From: Callorhinchus milii
Taxonomy: Eukaryota
Direction of reading: 5' to 3'
Assembly: GCF_018977255.1 (NCBI RefSeq)
Contig: NW_024704743.1
Location: 8,868,001 to 8,932,000 of the forward strand
Length of the DNA stretch: 64,000 bases
Under the pieces are notes generated by a model, which was not told the origin of the DNA, did not search any database, and saw only the letters and a program-made list of their open reading frames with translations. A program made the translations under genes and the position numbers. Below are positions 62,476 through 64,000 of this stretch, piece after piece. Each line of letters starts with the position of its first letter. The stretch's first letter is position 1.

Positions 62476-64000
62476 GCCCCACACACAGCCCCCCCCCCCA
62501 CACAGCCCCCCCCCCACACACACAGCCCCCCCCCCACACACACAGCCCCCCGCCCACACACAGCCCCCCCCCCACACACAGCCCCCCCCCACACACACAG
62601 CCCCCCCCCACACAGCCCCCCCACACACAGCCCCCCCCCCACACACACAGCCCCCCCCCCACACACAGCCCCCCCCCCACACACAGCCCCCCCCCACACA
62701 CAGCCCCCCCCCCACACACACACAGCCCCCCCCACACACAGCCCCCCCCCCACACACAGCCCCCCCCACACACACAGCCCCCCCCCACACACAGCCCCCC
62801 CCCACACACACAGCCCCCCCCACACACACAGCCCCCCCCCCCACACACACAGCCCCCCCCACACACACACAGCCCCCCCCCACACACACACAGCCCCCCC
62901 CCCCACACAGCCCCCCCCCCCACACACACCCCCCCCCCACACACACACAGCCCCCCCACCACACCCCCCCCCACACACACAGCCCCCCCCCACACACACA
63001 CAGCCCCCCCCCCACACACACAGCCCCCCCACACACACAGGCCCCCCCACACACACACAGCCCCCCCCCCACACACACACAGGCCCCCCCCACACACAGC
63101 CCCCCCCCACACACAGCCCCCCCCCCACACACACACAGCCCCCCCCCCACACACACACAGCCCCCCCCCACACACACAGCCCCCCCCCCACCACACACAG
63201 CCCCCCCCCCCACACACACAGCCCCCCCCCCCACACACACACAGCCCCCCCCACACACACACAGCCCCCCCCCACACACACACAGCCCCCCCCCCACACA
63301 CACACAGCCCCCCCCCCACACACACACACAGCCCCCCCCCCACACACACACACAGCCCCCCCACACACACACACAGCCCCCCCACACACACACACAGCCC
63401 CCCCCACACACACACACAGCCCCCCCCCACACACACACACAGCCCCCCCCCACACACACACACAGCCCCCCCCCCACACACACACACAGCCCCCCCCCCA
63501 CACAGCCCCCCACCACACACAGCCCCCCACACACACAGCCCCCCCACACACACACACACAGCCCCCCCCTACACACACACAGCCCCCCCCCCCCCACACA
63601 CACAGCCCCCCCCACAGCCCCCCCACCACACACAGGCCCCCCCACACACACACACAGGCCCCCCCACACAGCCCCCCCCCACACACACAGCCCCCCCCCA
63701 CACACACACAGCCCCCCCACACACACAGCCCCCCCCCACACAGCCCCCCACCACACAGCCCCCCCCACACACACACACAGCCCCCCCCACACACACACAG
63801 CCCCCCCCACACACACACACAGCCCCCCCCACACAGCCCCCCCCCACAGCCCCCCCCCACACACACAGCCCCCCCCCACACACACACACACAGCCCCCCC
63901 CCACACAGCCCCCCCACACACACAGCCCCCCCCACATAGCCCCCCCCACACAGCCCCCCACACACAGCCCCCCCCACACAGCCCCTCCACACACAGCCCC
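62476..64000. repeat. Tandem array AG(C)n(AC)n running off the window end
   Basis: Dozens of units agcccccccacacacac. It accounts for the Gly/Cys/Val-rich ORFs in the track. Confidence 0.97.

Noticed and set aside
61691..63994. Long Gly/Cys/Val-rich ORFs of 141-534 aa resembling keratin-associated or cuticle proteins
   Set aside because: They are translations of stop-free tandem arrays, open in several frames, with variable homopolymer lengths.

Overview
Vertebrate genomic DNA, almost certainly from a cartilaginous fish. The SINE/L2/CR1 repertoire suggests a holocephalan such as the elephant shark, which is my inference. The window holds the 5' part of neuropilin-1 (NRP1) on the minus strand, with four coding exons at 59412-59490, 55930-56104, 28772-28953 and 18001-18228. 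They have canonical GT-AG junctions and splice in frame to encode a signal peptide, CUB domain a1 and part of CUB a2. I could not find the next exon, so the gene runs off the left edge. A candidate promoter (TATA-like, CCAAT and GC boxes) lies about 2 kb upstream of the ATG, bracketed by G/C-skewed tandem arrays. A strong splice acceptor ending in (CAG)6 suggests a spliced 5'UTR that carries three uORFs. Introns are filled with tRNA-derived SINEs, Deu-type SINEs, L2 and CR1 fragments, LF-SINE-like copies and MITEs, many of them nested. Nearly all other ORFs in the track are repeat artefacts. I found no convincing new multi-gene system. The best leads are the NRP1 5' architecture, an unclassified A-tailed repeat family with a conserved stem, an 80-nt intronic palindrome and a Penelope-like inverted repeat with a decayed hammerhead core. 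Repeat boundaries are approximate, and family names come from recalled consensus motifs, not searches.
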